A stretch of 64,000 bases of DNA from the NCBI GenBank assembly GCA_964016885.1, contig OZ024743.1, forward strand, positions 48,608,001 to 48,672,000, written 5' to 3'. The position numbers and the translations under genes were made by a program. The notes below the pieces were generated by a model. That model saw only the letters and a program-made list of their open reading frames with translations. It searched no databases and had not been told where the DNA came from. Numbering within the stretch: the stretch's first letter is position 1; every line of letters begins with the position of its first letter. Positions 49,401 to 60,899 of this stretch are shown piece after piece. Origin of the DNA: Eledone cirrhosa. Lineage: Eukaryota.

Positions 49401-50319
49401 TTACTGCACCAGCCCCAGTAATTTTTGCACTTTATTCAGCCTCCTGCCTTCCATCACTTATGAATAGAACCCCAAGATACTTGAACCTCTCTACCTGCTT
49501 CAGTGAACCTCCATTCACATATAGCGTGCACTGCACAGGCGTCCTTGAGAGGACGAGTGTCTCAGTTTTCACAGTACTAATTTTCATTCTTGTCATGCAG
49601 GACTTTGCATCAAACCTATCAAGTGCAAGTCGAAGGTCATCTTCTGTCGAGTTAAGTAACACCATTGGTGTTAGGAAGGGCATCCAGCTGTAGAAAACCT
49701 GCCAGATACAGTTCTATATGAGCAAGACACGATCACCCGATCAATCTTGCCTCAAGTGGGACTATTCCTGTCTAACCCTTGCTAGCATGGAAGATGGATG
49801 TTAAATGATGATGATGATGTCTGCAAATTCCAGCTGTCTAATTTTACACCCATCAGTCATGGCTTTTACTGGTCTCTTAATGAGTATGCATAGCATGAGG
49901 CCAAGCATCTTCTGCCATCTTACAGTGATGGTATTCTGTCGGTTATTCTAAAACTTTAAAGGACATTAATTTATTAATGCAATTGAGAAAGGCATGAGTA
50001 TCACAATTTTATTTCACTTCTTTTTTTTCTACAAACATCTTTGCTTTTCATCTCCTCGGAGTCAATAAAATAAAGTATCAGTCAAATACTGAGGTTAATT
50101 TAATTAACTAACTACACCTCCCCAAATTGGCTAAATTAGAAACTTATTGAATATCAGGTCCTTCTGTTTTAAGATGGTAAGGTGTGATTTGAGGAGATTT
50201 GACTGCTGTCTCTAGCAGATTTGTTTATCTAGGCAGAGTCAATTTATTATGAGATTATCCTTCTTTGCTGAATTGACTGTTTCATTAAATATATCCATAT
50301 ATATTTTACAGATGTTTAA
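43434..50319 (+). CDS. Uncharacterised small single-pass membrane protein, predicted exons 43434-43584, 44639-44791, 50312-50319 (~103 aa)
   Basis: MRRYVRRGSVTLGTALVFFGTWNVIGLTLYKWYISEGEKKEPGQWKDASG|AHHYLRLINFGEGEIKKITISGLKITQEDVAPENLKKLKGYTDDKKSKAAT|DV*. Exon 2 is an open phase-1/1 exon with a polypyrimidine-CAG acceptor and a GTAAGT donor. The last exon is tentative (TTTTACAG acceptor, AATAAA at ~50452). Confidence 0.65.
44195..44378 (+). mobile_element. tRNA-like SINE (intronic)
   Basis: Near-consensus copy of the family clustered at 19945-21480. Confidence 0.85.
46059..47870 (-). mobile_element. Internally deleted Helitron with Pif1-like helicase C-terminus and CTAG 3' terminus; contains an RTE-A 3' fragment at 46199-46450
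   Basis: WLANRAIITPTN, GFPTHILKLKKG..IMLL, GHCNGTR, QFPAKPAFALTCNKAQRQT and FSHGQMYVALSRV. The 3' end is homologous to 6510-6720. Confidence 0.85.
48020..49660 (-). mobile_element. Expander/Rex3-like RTE fragment, split by a Vingi-like insertion
   Basis: MKISTVKTETLVL...LKQVERFKYLGVLFISDGRQEAE and QVAEMGFLRMV, with an (AAG)n tail at 48020-48030. Confidence 0.82.
48348..49248 (+). mobile_element. Vingi/Ingi-like LINE 3' part with 10-bp TSD
   Basis: PVYLGVTLDHTLSFKEHI...KWGATAHTLR..ALAL..S.AEYA.PVW...RLITGCLKPT, TLNRLRTG and CECGEEDHTMQHCLVC. It has a (GAA)n tail and TSD AGCCACTTGT at 48338-48347 and 49249-49258. Confidence 0.85.
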
Positions 50320-51150
50320 GTGGAAGTTACAATGAAGTGAAGACTGGTTGAGTACATTAACACAGGAAAGTTTATCTTCTACTTCACATTTAAAAGGAAC
50401 TGATTTTATCAATTATAATTTATTTACAATCATAACTTTTGTATAAATGTAAATAAACTGATTTTTTTTTTTTATATGACTTTTTATTGTTGGTCGAATC
50501 AGTAAAGTAACAGCTAAAATGCATTGCAGTACTTAGCTGCTTACCTTTACTTGCTGGAAAGGTTGCTGAACCCATGCAAACAGGGTAAACAGATTTTAAA
50601 ATGGTGATGGTGAGGATATATATGTGTATCCTGGTTTTTAGAATAAATTCACCAAGCCTTGTATATCCTAAGAGGTGACTAAAAGAGTTTGCATCATGAA
50701 GAGCATTATCTCAAAACATCCCATCCAACTTATACCAGATTGGAAAAGTGGACATAAAAATGCTGCTACTGCTGATACATATTAGTGTCATCACAGTAGC
50801 CAGTCAGCTCCTGCTTTCAGCTTTTCTATGTGCTATGTAAACCTGTTGGTTTCTCTTTTAGCTATTTCATACTGTTCTTTGCTGCCTCTAATTTATTATG
50901 CTTGTCCCTTAACTTGAATGGCCTACAGTGCTGTTTAACCAGTAGGTCACCCTTCGTCTAGCTGGTACCTTGCTCCAGCCACGGCTTTCATCAGTGACTA
51001 TAGGTTGTCCCAGAGAAACTTCTGTCCACTTTGTCATATGTAGCCTCCTCCCTCATGTATGTGTCACACAGAATTTTTCTGAACTTACATTTAACAGAGA
51101 TGTCTTTTAGCTTCCATATTCTCCTCATCTGGAATTTCTTGTTTTCTGCT

Positions 51151-52739
51151 AGGAAAAAGCTCCACTGATGCTCTCTTCCTCGTGAGGCAGTTGCAGGAAA
51201 AGTACCTAGCTAAAAGTAAGCCCCTCTACCTGGCATTTGTCGATCTGGAAAAAGCCTTTGACAGAGTGGCCCCATGCCATAATCTGGTGGGCTCTTAGAA
51301 AACTAGGAGTAGATGAATGGCTTGTGAAAGCTGTGCAAGCCATGTATAGGGGAGCAGTCATCAAAGTTAGGGTTAACAATGACAATAGCGAGGAATTTAG
51401 CATGCAGGTCGATGTCCACCAGGGCTCTGTTCTTAGCCCTCTTCTGTTTGTTATCGTATTGCAGGCTATAACAGAGGAGTTTAAGACCAGATGCCCATGG
51501 GAACTTCTGTATGCGGATGATCTTACACTTATGGCTGAATCTATGGCGGAACTAAAGAAGAAATTCCTAACATGGAAGCAGGGATTAGAAAGGAGGGGTC
51601 TCAAAGTCAACCTGCCAAAGACTAAGGTCCTCATAAGTAGACGAGAAAACAGAACCCAGATCCCCTCAGGGAAATGACCTTGCTCAGTATGTAGGAAAGG
51701 TGTAAGTAGGAATTCTATCCTCTGCTCCAAATGCAAACTATTGGTACACAAGAGATGTAGTGGGATCTCAGGAAGCTTAGTTAAGAATAGGTTTTACATG
51801 TAGCAGCTGCACTGGGACAGTAAGCAGCAAACGGCCACAGGAAACAAGAACTACCAAAATCTGGGAGGGTGGGTGGGTCTGTAGAAACAGTAGACAGCTT
51901 CTACCTAGGTGACCAAATTAGCAGTGGAGGTGGCTGTGCTGAAAGTACAGTAAGCAGGGTAAGAATGGGATGGAAGAAGTTCAGAAAGCCACTGCTAGGT
52001 GCAAAAGGCTTTTCCCTCCAAATGAAAGGCAGACTGTATGATGCATGTATTTGAACAGCAATGTTACATGGTAGTGAGACCTGGGTGCTGTGCCTAGAAG
52101 ACTTGCGTTGATTAGAAAGAAATGAAGCTTGCATGCTCCAATGGATGTGTAATAGTAATATACGCGAACGGCAAAGCATAGATGAACTGAGAGAGAGACT
52201 GAGCATAAGAGAAATCAAATTGGACATGTGATGCGTATGAAGGATGACAGCTGCATAAAAAGGTGCAGAGCACTAAAAGTTGATGGAAGCCATGGAGTGG
52301 GGTGACCCAAGAAGACCTGGACGAGGTGATAAAAGCGGACCTTGCCCAATTGCACCTCTCAACAGCGATGACACAGGACCGTGACCTCTGGCGTCACGCA
52401 GTAATACAGAAGACGCGACTTTCCACGGAAACGAGCTGAAGCATATATACAATATGCCCACATACCCTCCCACTGCAAAGTGGTCGTGGAGGTGCTACGA
52501 CAAAAAAGCCCCCAGACCACATTGTAAAGTGGACATGTAGGCGCCATGGAAAAAAAGCACCCAGCACTCACTGTAAATGAGGTTGGTGTTAGGAAGAGCT
52601 TCCAGCTGTAGAAATCAAGCCAAAATCAGTTACCATATGAGCAAGACAAAATCAGCTGACTTAACTTTGCCCAAACAGGACAACCTGTCTAACCCATGCT
52701 AGCATGGAAGAATCAACGTAAAATGGTGATGATGATGAT
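51151..52739 (+). mobile_element. RTE family B, 5'-truncated copy (RT, PHD, C-terminus, 3' UTR, tail)
   Basis: FVDLEKAFDR, HQGSVLSPLLF, LLYADDL and a PHD remnant, with a (GAT)n tail. It shows the uninterrupted sequence across the 18-mer at 51638-51655. Confidence 0.92.
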
Positions 52740-53369
52740 ATATACAATATAGAGAGGAAAAACCACTGGAGAGTGTGTTTTCATTTACAGGATCTATAAA
52801 CCACTAGCGTGAAAAACATATGAGCTACGAAGGTTTGGGAAATACATTATAATTAAAAGGATAAATTAAAATGAAATAACCAACCTTATAACTAAATCAC
52901 ACATATACAGACTCACTAGGAGAATGTTTCACTATGAATTAATGAGAGGACCAATTCAGCCTATGGATCATCAGCATGTGTTAAGCCGATATGGCCCTCA
53001 TTACTGAGGAGACCTAAAATAACTATAGCATGTGTAAATGGAAAGAGAATGCATGCGTGAGGTAGTGACTAGTGGTATGAATAGACCAAGAACCCACTAG
53101 AAATGGCAGCTTATAACCATTCAATTTATAGTGCTTGACAAACGGAAACACAAGGAGCTACATATCAACTAAAGCAACGGAGAGGGAAGCTGGGTAGCCT
53201 TTCGTTGGTCTGTAGCACCTTTTGTAACCATCTGATATGGATGGCTCTATTAGCAGCATCACTGCATCGGTTGTGTCTGTAAGCCATTTAGTTGAAGATG
53301 TACCCTCTTTTAGAGTTGTTGGGGAGGGCAGATTTGTAATGCACAGACATGTCCCAGTTGGCCGCTTTC

Positions 53370-53700
53370 CCTTAGAAATTGGTGTGGATTTCACTGCTAT
53401 CAGAGATATTCAGTACGAAATCAAGTAGAGTGAGGTACCCAGAGTCGGTAGGATACTTGATGTTATTATCAGCATTATTGAAAGATTCGAAAATCTTGTT
53501 GGCATTCTCCTTGGTAGATGTGAGGATGAGTATATCACCCACATATCTAGAGAAGAAAGCGCAGGTGTTGTAGGAGCTGAGTACTCGGCGTTTTAGTCTG
53601 TTCATCTATGAAATGGCCAATAAACCTGAGAGGCTTAATGCCATGGGTAGTCCAGAGGTCTGTCAGTAGGTTTGTCTCAAGAAGTTGAAAAAAGGCATTG
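53370..53700 (-). mobile_element. Penelope-like RT remnant
   Basis: GLPMALSLSGLLA, FFSRYVGDILIL and LTLLDF. Confidence 0.6.
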
Positions 53701-55935
53701 ACAAGGATTTATCTGGCCATACCTTCGTAAATCTTATAGTACGTATACACCTGAAAGCCTTTACTTTTGCCCTCTAACCAGGCATTCACAAAATAAAATA
53801 TATATATATATACACTTTTGGATTCTCAGTAACGTTTACAATTTTTTTTTCTAAGAGATGTAAAATGAAAATTGAAAAAGATTAATAGGAAACTACATGT
53901 ATCTCTCATCCAGGATTGAACTCCAAAACAGGATCTCCACTGCCTCTAAGACCAGGACAGCTATTAAAATCTTTTGAAAATTAATAATTATAAACCTACT
54001 TTCAAAATTAAATTAAACTTAATTTTATTTCTCCTTTTAAGGGTCAACTTGTAAATCATCTAGGTAGTGGGTATAGATAGCTGTAGGAGATCTTGTGATA
54101 TGTATATGACCTAAAGCTGTTATTTTCATACTCTAACGGGATTAGCTGGCCATATGAGATCCTATAGGAAGTATATAGCCTAAAACTGTTTCTTTCACCT
54201 TCTATCCTGGCATTGACAAGGCTTTAGCTGATGGAAGGAGATCCTATGGGATGTATACGCCCTAAAGCCATTACTTTTGCGCTCTAACCAGGCATTTACC
54301 AGGGTTTAGCTGGTCATGAGATTCTATGTGATGTATACACTTGAATCTGCTTCTTTCACTTTCTGGTCCTATGAGACCTTAGTGCAAACAAATTCATTTG
54401 CACAAGCTGCAGTGAGAGTGGAAAATGAGCCCACAGAATGGTTCACTGTAAACGGGAATTCAAGAGTAATGCCTGGTGTCACCTTTGGCATTCGATTTTT
54501 ACTCTGAGGCGGTGATGAGAAAGTCAGTAGATATGCTCTCCTGGATCAGGCTTACTGTTGGTGGGAAACAGATTAAGAACCTGCGGTATGTTGACGACAT
54601 AGTGCTCATAGTAAACTCACCAGCAAATCTACAAACATTGCTGGATAAAGTTTACAGAATTTCGTGGGAATATAGTCTGGATATCAACATTAAAAGGACA
54701 AATGTAATGGCAGCAACTAGACAGAAGTTAGAAATGAACATAGGTTGCCAAGGTGCGAGGCGGAACAAGTTAAGAAGTTCAAATACGTTAGTTCAGTACT
54801 TAAACAGACAGCAGAGGGAAGTTGGGAAATAAGGGTGAGATAATCAACTAAAAATAAAATTTAAAAAAATATATACACTTTTGGATTTTCAGTAACATTT
54901 TACAGTTTTTTTTCTAAAAGATGTAAAATGAAATTTATTTTTAGTTGATTATCTCACCCTTATTTCCCAACTTCCCTCTGCTGTCTGTTCAAGTACTGAA
55001 CCAAGTAACTCATATCTAGGATTGAACTGCTGAGCAGGATCTCCATTGCCTCCAAGTTTTACCACTAGGCCATCAAGACAGCTACTAAAAGCTATTGAAA
55101 ATTAATAATTATAAACCTACTTTCAAAATTAAATTAAACTTAATTTTATTTTTTTAGGGTCAACTTGTAAATCAGCTAGGTCTTCCCAGACCCTAAAGGA
55201 TGTATACATCCTTAAACTACTTCTTTTCTCTTCTCACCTGGCATTGACAAGGCTTTATCTGGCCATACTGTATGTATACACCCTAAAGCCTTTACTTTTA
55301 CCCTCTAACCAGGCATTCTGAAAGGTTTAGCTGGCTGTAGGAGATCCTATGGGAAGTATACAGGCTAAAACTCCTTCTATCACCCTCTAATCTCACTTTG
55401 ATCAGGGATTAGGTGATCCTATGGGAAGTATACACCTTAAAATGCCTTCTCTTACCCTCTAATCTGCCATTGACGAGGGTATAGCTGGCCATAGGAGATC
55501 TTGTGATATGTATATCACCTAAAGCTGTTATTTTCGCACACTAACATGGAGTTAGCTGGCCATATGAGATCCTATAGGAAGTATATAGCCTAAAACTTTC
55601 TTTCACCTTCTATCCTGGCATTGACAAAGGTTTAGCTAATCGAAGGAGATCCTATAGGACGTATATGCCCTAAAGCCATTACTTTCATCCTCTAACAAGG
55701 AATTTACCAGGGTTTAGCTGGCCATATGAGATTCTATGTGAAGTATACAATTAAATCTGCTTCTTTTGCCTTCTGACCTGCCGTTGACAGGGGTTTAGCT
55801 GTATGAGATCCTACAGGATGTATAGGACCCCAAAACCATTACTTTCTCACTCTGACCTGGGTTTAGCTGGCCACAGGAGATCCTATGGGAAGTATATGGC
55901 CTGAAACTGTCTTTTTCATCCCCTAACCTTTCACC
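53690..55935. repeat. Degenerate ~80-bp satellite array with higher-order duplication, interrupted by an RT fragment
   Basis: The unit GGCATTGACAAGG.TTTAGCTGGCCATAGGAGATCCTATGGGAAGTATA...CCTAAA...CTTTT recurs (for example 54210 and 54291; 55700 and 55781). Confidence 0.85.
54370..54840 (+). mobile_element. LINE (RTE-like) RT fragment
   Basis: AAVRVENEPTEWF, SPLAFDFYSEAVMR, IKNLRYVDDIVL and LDINIKRTNVM. Confidence 0.75.
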
Positions 55936-56005
55936 TATATTTTTCATAGGTTTTTCATATGTAAATGTTTATGAATGTGTGTGTGGATGTATATGTATAT
56001 AGATA

Positions 56006-56059
<54 letters not shown>

Positions 56060-56120
56060 GAGAGAGAGAAATAAATAGATATATAGATGTATATATAAAT
56101 ACAGATGTATATATATACAT

Positions 56121-56155
<35 letters not shown>

Positions 56156-57258
56156 ATGAAGGAAATGTGGTAAGGAATCTCACTTACCGCTATCTCACTT
56201 ACCGCTTTTCATAGGCGCCGCTAAATCCCACTGGTGGTTTCTCCTCTTCCACGTGCGTCCAACTCCTTAACACTGGGAGCTGCCAAAACTCGCGTCCACA
56301 CCGTTGCTGGTCACCACTAGAGAGAGACCCATCTGCTGGCCCTTCCGGTCGAGCATCCTTCCGGCCAAGCACCCTTCCGGTCGAGCACTCCCCCGCTTCC
56401 GGCCACTGCACGCCACACCATACCCACATAAGGCTTGTGCTTTTGTGATACCTTCCTCTATGCTTGTGAGCACCCATTGGCTACCTAGTTCGGGTACCTA
56501 CCAATATACCTTGTGTATGGATATCATGGTGGTGATTCGGATTACTGTGGTCTTTCGGGGTGTACCAAAAAGACCTCTTAATGCTTATATATAAGTTACC
56601 GAGATCCTACTCACTCGTGTTACTAGGGGCCAGTGCTGTACTCTTTTGGCTTCTCTATGTGCTTATAACTTATAACTTTTTTCTTCTTTCTGCATTTATT
56701 TCTTTTTTAAAGAATTTCTCTTAGGAAAAAATTTTTATTTTTTATTTTTCATTTTTATTTTTTAATGAAACATTTTTTAAAAAATTTTATTTACTTTTTT
56801 AATTTCTTAATTTTTTAATTTTTTAAATCTTTTTAATTCTTTTTAATTTTTAATTTTATTATATTATTTTATTATCTTTTATTATTTTATTATTTTTATT
56901 TTATTATTTTTCATTATATTTTATTAATTTTTAAAAATTATTTTACTTTATTTTATTTTATTATCTTTATTATTTTTATATTTTTTATTACTTTATTATA
57001 ATTTATATTATGTTTTAACCTTTGTCTGTATTTTTTATGTATTTTTTTATGCTTTTGCATTTTTTGCTTTTGCATTCTTTGTTTTTGTGTGCCATCTATT
57101 ATATCTGCATCATGTTGAATCTGCTTATGCCCTGGCATTTAGCAGCGATCCTTAACAACCCCAGCATACACCTCTTTGTTCACCATCTCCAATCTCCCTA
57201 TCTTTATTCTGATTGTTCGTGTGACTAAGTTTTTGTGGAGCTTATACTCAACACTGTA

Positions 57259-57318
57259 TTTATTAGGCTCTGAGGATATCTGCCAAAAGGTGAGGATGAA
57301 ACATTGTAAGTAAATAAA
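57259..57318 (+). ncRNA. Minimal type I hammerhead ribozyme motif (one-nucleotide insertion variant)
   Basis: GCT-CTGAGGA-T-ATCT...GGAT-GAAAC-ATT-GTA-AGT. Stem I extends via TTTATT/AATAAA. Confidence 0.5.
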
Positions 57319-57609
57319 GACTGTTTGAGTATGTAAGCGTTCTTTGGTTTCTTTTGCATATGTATATATATATATATATATATTTCGGATTCACATCCAT
57401 CAACTGGGGGTTTTTTCCGGGGTGGGGGAAAGGTTGTCTGTCGGAAAGGTGCGAAACGCGTCCTCCACTGTTTGTTGTTTTGATTATCTGAGGTATTCAG
57501 CAGAGCGCGCGTGCGCGTGAAATGGGGTCGGTCGGGCAGAGGTCAGCGGCCGAATGTGAGAGTGGGGTGGTGCTAGCTGTCAGTCCATTCTCTGCCTGTT
57601 TGTTAAATG

Positions 57610-57648
<39 letters not shown>

Positions 57649-58119
57649 GTTGTTGTCTCGCTTGAGTGTGTGTGTGTTGTTGCCTTGTTCCTCTGTATTG
57701 GCAGTGTAGTATGTTCGTATGGTGGAATGCTACTGTGTGTGTGTGCGTGTGCGTGTGTAGTTGTCTCGTTTGTGTGTGCGTGTGTTGCTGCATCGTTTGT
57801 TAACTTAAACCAGCCACATCATTTCGCTTCTCTCGGATCGATTGTTTATTTGCGGTGCAAGGCGTTTGGGACAATTAAATCTCTCCCAATTAAATCTCTC
57901 TCGTGTTCTTATTTTAATTTTATCCTTTATACTCTTTCCTTCATTCTTCTACATGTGTTATACACACCACACATCTCAACGTACACCCACTTACATCTCT
58001 CTCTCCACCACCGGATCTTGTTACCTGGAGATTTACCCATTTGCATTGTCGAGGCTTCCAAACGACTTAAAGATATTTACCTATTATTCCACAATGCTTC
58101 AAGCAAACTTCAATACTCT

Positions 58120-58168
<49 letters not shown>

Positions 58169-58272
58169 GTATCTATATGTATCTATATGTATATATATAT
58201 ATACATATGTATATGTATCTATATGTATATATATATACATATGTATATGTATCTATATGTATATATCTATAC

Positions 58273-58311
<39 letters not shown>

Positions 58312-59379
58312 ACCCATGCTAGCGCGGAAGATAGACGTTAAACGATGATGATGATGATATATATATATATATATATATATACATCGCCCCAAAACAAAAT
58401 ATATATTTTAGTAGTAGTAGCTGGCTGTGTTTACAAGAATTTAAAAGGAATTTAACTGCTATTTGTAGCATAACCTAGAAACCCTTTGTTACATTATATC
58501 TCACCTCAAAAATCTATATTTTGTTAGTAGTAGGTGTTAAAGAAGACACTCTGTGAGGTCACAGCTGCTATTTGTGGATGGCTTGGACAGGAATATAAAG
58601 GGAATATACCTACTATCTCTAGTATAATGTAAATACTCTTCGTTACATTAGCTCTTAACTCAAGAATATATATTTTTGTAGTAGTAGGTGTGAAAGAAGG
58701 CCTTCTATGATGTCACAACTGCTATTTATGGTGGCTTAGACAGGAATTTAAAGATAATTTAGATCCTATTTCTAGTATAAACTAGATAATCTTTGTTACA
58801 TTACCTACAACTAAAAAACATATAATTTGGTAGTAGTAGATGAACAAGACCCTCTATGAGGTCACAGCTGCTACTTACATACATACATACATACATACAT
58901 GCATGTATGCATGTATGCATGCATGCATGTATGCATGCACGCATGCATGTATGTATGCATGTATGCATGATGGCTGTCCCCTCGTTATCGAGTATGGCAT
59001 TGCACGATATGACATTATTAATAATTATCAATTAATGCTATAATGCAATGCCTGTGCTTAAAGATTTTTTTAAAGTGAAGAGAGACTGTGCACTGAGCCA
59101 ATCCCACTCTCTGAGCAACAGTAGCTATAACCCGAAAAGGAGAAAAGATCAACATCATCGGTAACTACTGAGCCACAGGTTTTATGTCGGAGTTATCCCA
59201 GTTTCTTGAGTTGCCTTCTCCTAGAAGAATGCCCTGAAAAAGGCTAGGGGGCCCTTCACTATATACATTGTATATATACACATTATATATACATACATTC
59301 ATTTTATATATATGTGTATATATATGTGTGTATATATATATAGTTTGAATATATATATAATGTATATATATGTATATAA

Positions 59380-59562
59380 ATGTTTCTACTTTTGGCACCA
59401 GTCCAGCAATTACCCAGTACATTACTGGTACTTTATTTTATCAACCCCGTAAGGATGAAAGGCAAAGTTAACCTCGGCAGGATTTGAACTCAGAATGGCA
59501 AGGGCCGTAACTCTATGCGTCAAATCATGGCATCTGACCCTCTATTGATACTGCCAATCCAT
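59380..59562 (-). mobile_element. tRNA-like SINE
   Basis: Reverse complement of the 44195-44378 family. Confidence 0.85.
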
Positions 59563-60614
59563 ATATATATGTATATTATATAAGTACAATACTTCATTAA
59601 ACGTCAAAGAAGGAATAAAGATTATAAAACCGTTTACTGACCTTGTGGTAGATATTGGTGACAGCTGTGACACCCCTCGGGGGCCGATCAGGAGGGGTCT
59701 GGCTATTCCACAATACACAACTTTAGCCTGCTACATCCAACTATGATCTCTTGGTGTTTATATCCAACACCTGGCTGTGACTCCTGGGGGAGTGTCTGAT
59801 ATAAGAGATATCCCCGGAATACCGGTCTAGTTCACAGAATATGTTGTCGTTGGTGGTGGGGTGTGTGTGTGCTAATTTTGGGACAGGATTCGATCTGTCT
59901 GTAATATCCACAGAGTTACAGAAGAGGCGGGTATCCCTCTACACCAGGAGTAGACTAACCAAACCCCAACCCCAGCCAAAAGTTCCGTGTATCTTGTCCT
60001 TGATGGGGGAAGAGTTTTCTCCGGGGCCAGCTCATTCTTCCTGGGATGTATAGACAGGGGTAAAGGTCTTTCTCCCCAACAGAAAGAAACCCAGCAACTC
60101 CAGCCAAACAAAGTCTGTCTTATCCTTGGATTTACTCCTTTCATTTCATGTATCTTTACTCCTTTTTTTTCATGTATCTGTATGGCTGTTTGTCTGAACT
60201 TAATACATAAATAAAACACACTCCCACCCACGAAGGGAGAGAACCGAATGGTAAATTATAGAGTTGCCTCACTTGACGTAATTTTTCATAGGTTTTGCAT
60301 ACGTAAATGTGTATGAAACTGTCTTTCTGTGTGTGGATATATATATGTATGTATGTGTGTGTCTACATATATATATATATATATATACATATACTTTATT
60401 ATTATTATTCTCTTGGTTGAGAAAAAATTTGGTCGTTCTGACTGCTGCTAGTTATAGCGGGAGCAGACTGACCTCCCTGCCTCTGCTTCTATCTTTACAC
60501 ACGGCACTTGAAAGAATTGCTTCCACTTCATTTACTCTCATCTCGGGAACAATTTTGAATAGCGCCAGTTCGTAATTTGAACTCGGGAATTTTATATTCT
60601 CCGAGTGAAAAGAT

Positions 60615-60698
60615 CCTTCTGACGAGAGTTTATCTTTGCAACGGATGCCGTATGGACTGTCCGTTTATTTTTGAGACTCGAAACCGATTCGGTAAAGG
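60615..60698 (+). ncRNA. Type I hammerhead ribozyme
   Basis: Stem I CCTT/AAGG; core CTGACGA (60619-60625); stem II GAGTTT/AGACTC with inner hairpin AACGGA/TCCGTT; GAAAC (60680-60684); stem III ACCG-ATT-CGGT; cleavage triplet GTA (after 60694). Confidence 0.8.
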
Positions 60699-60832
60699 TA
60701 ACCATAGTAAGTAAAGTTAATTTTTAAAAATTTATTTTGAAACTTTCTTATTTGCTAAACCTTGATTATATATATATATATGTATATCAATTCAAAATAT
60801 TAACAAAAATAGACATTCGTGTGATCAAGTAT

Positions 60833-60897
60833 ATTTTATTATACATATTTCAGAGGTACTGAGCTATCTTCAACAGTACGTCCTCATCAGATAAAAT
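60833..60897 (-). ncRNA. Minimal type I hammerhead ribozyme (antisense to the Penelope ORF)
   Basis: Minus strand: ATTTTAT-CTGATGA-GGA.GTACTG...CAGTAC.TCT-GAAA-TATGT-ATA-ATAAAAT. It has a 7-bp stem I, a minimal stem III and an ATA cleavage triplet. Confidence 0.72.
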
Positions 60898-60899
60898 AA

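Noticed and set aside
50790-51150. Twin-priming 5' inversion of the 51151-52739 element
   Set aside because: The inverted piece is much more decayed and maps ~600 nt away from the start of the forward piece, so an independent older fragment is more likely.
52915-52980. Further hammerhead-like motifs (minus strand here; also ~12250-12290 and ~57437-57465)
   Set aside because: The core or stems II/III are mismatched. At best these are decayed Penelope-associated remnants.
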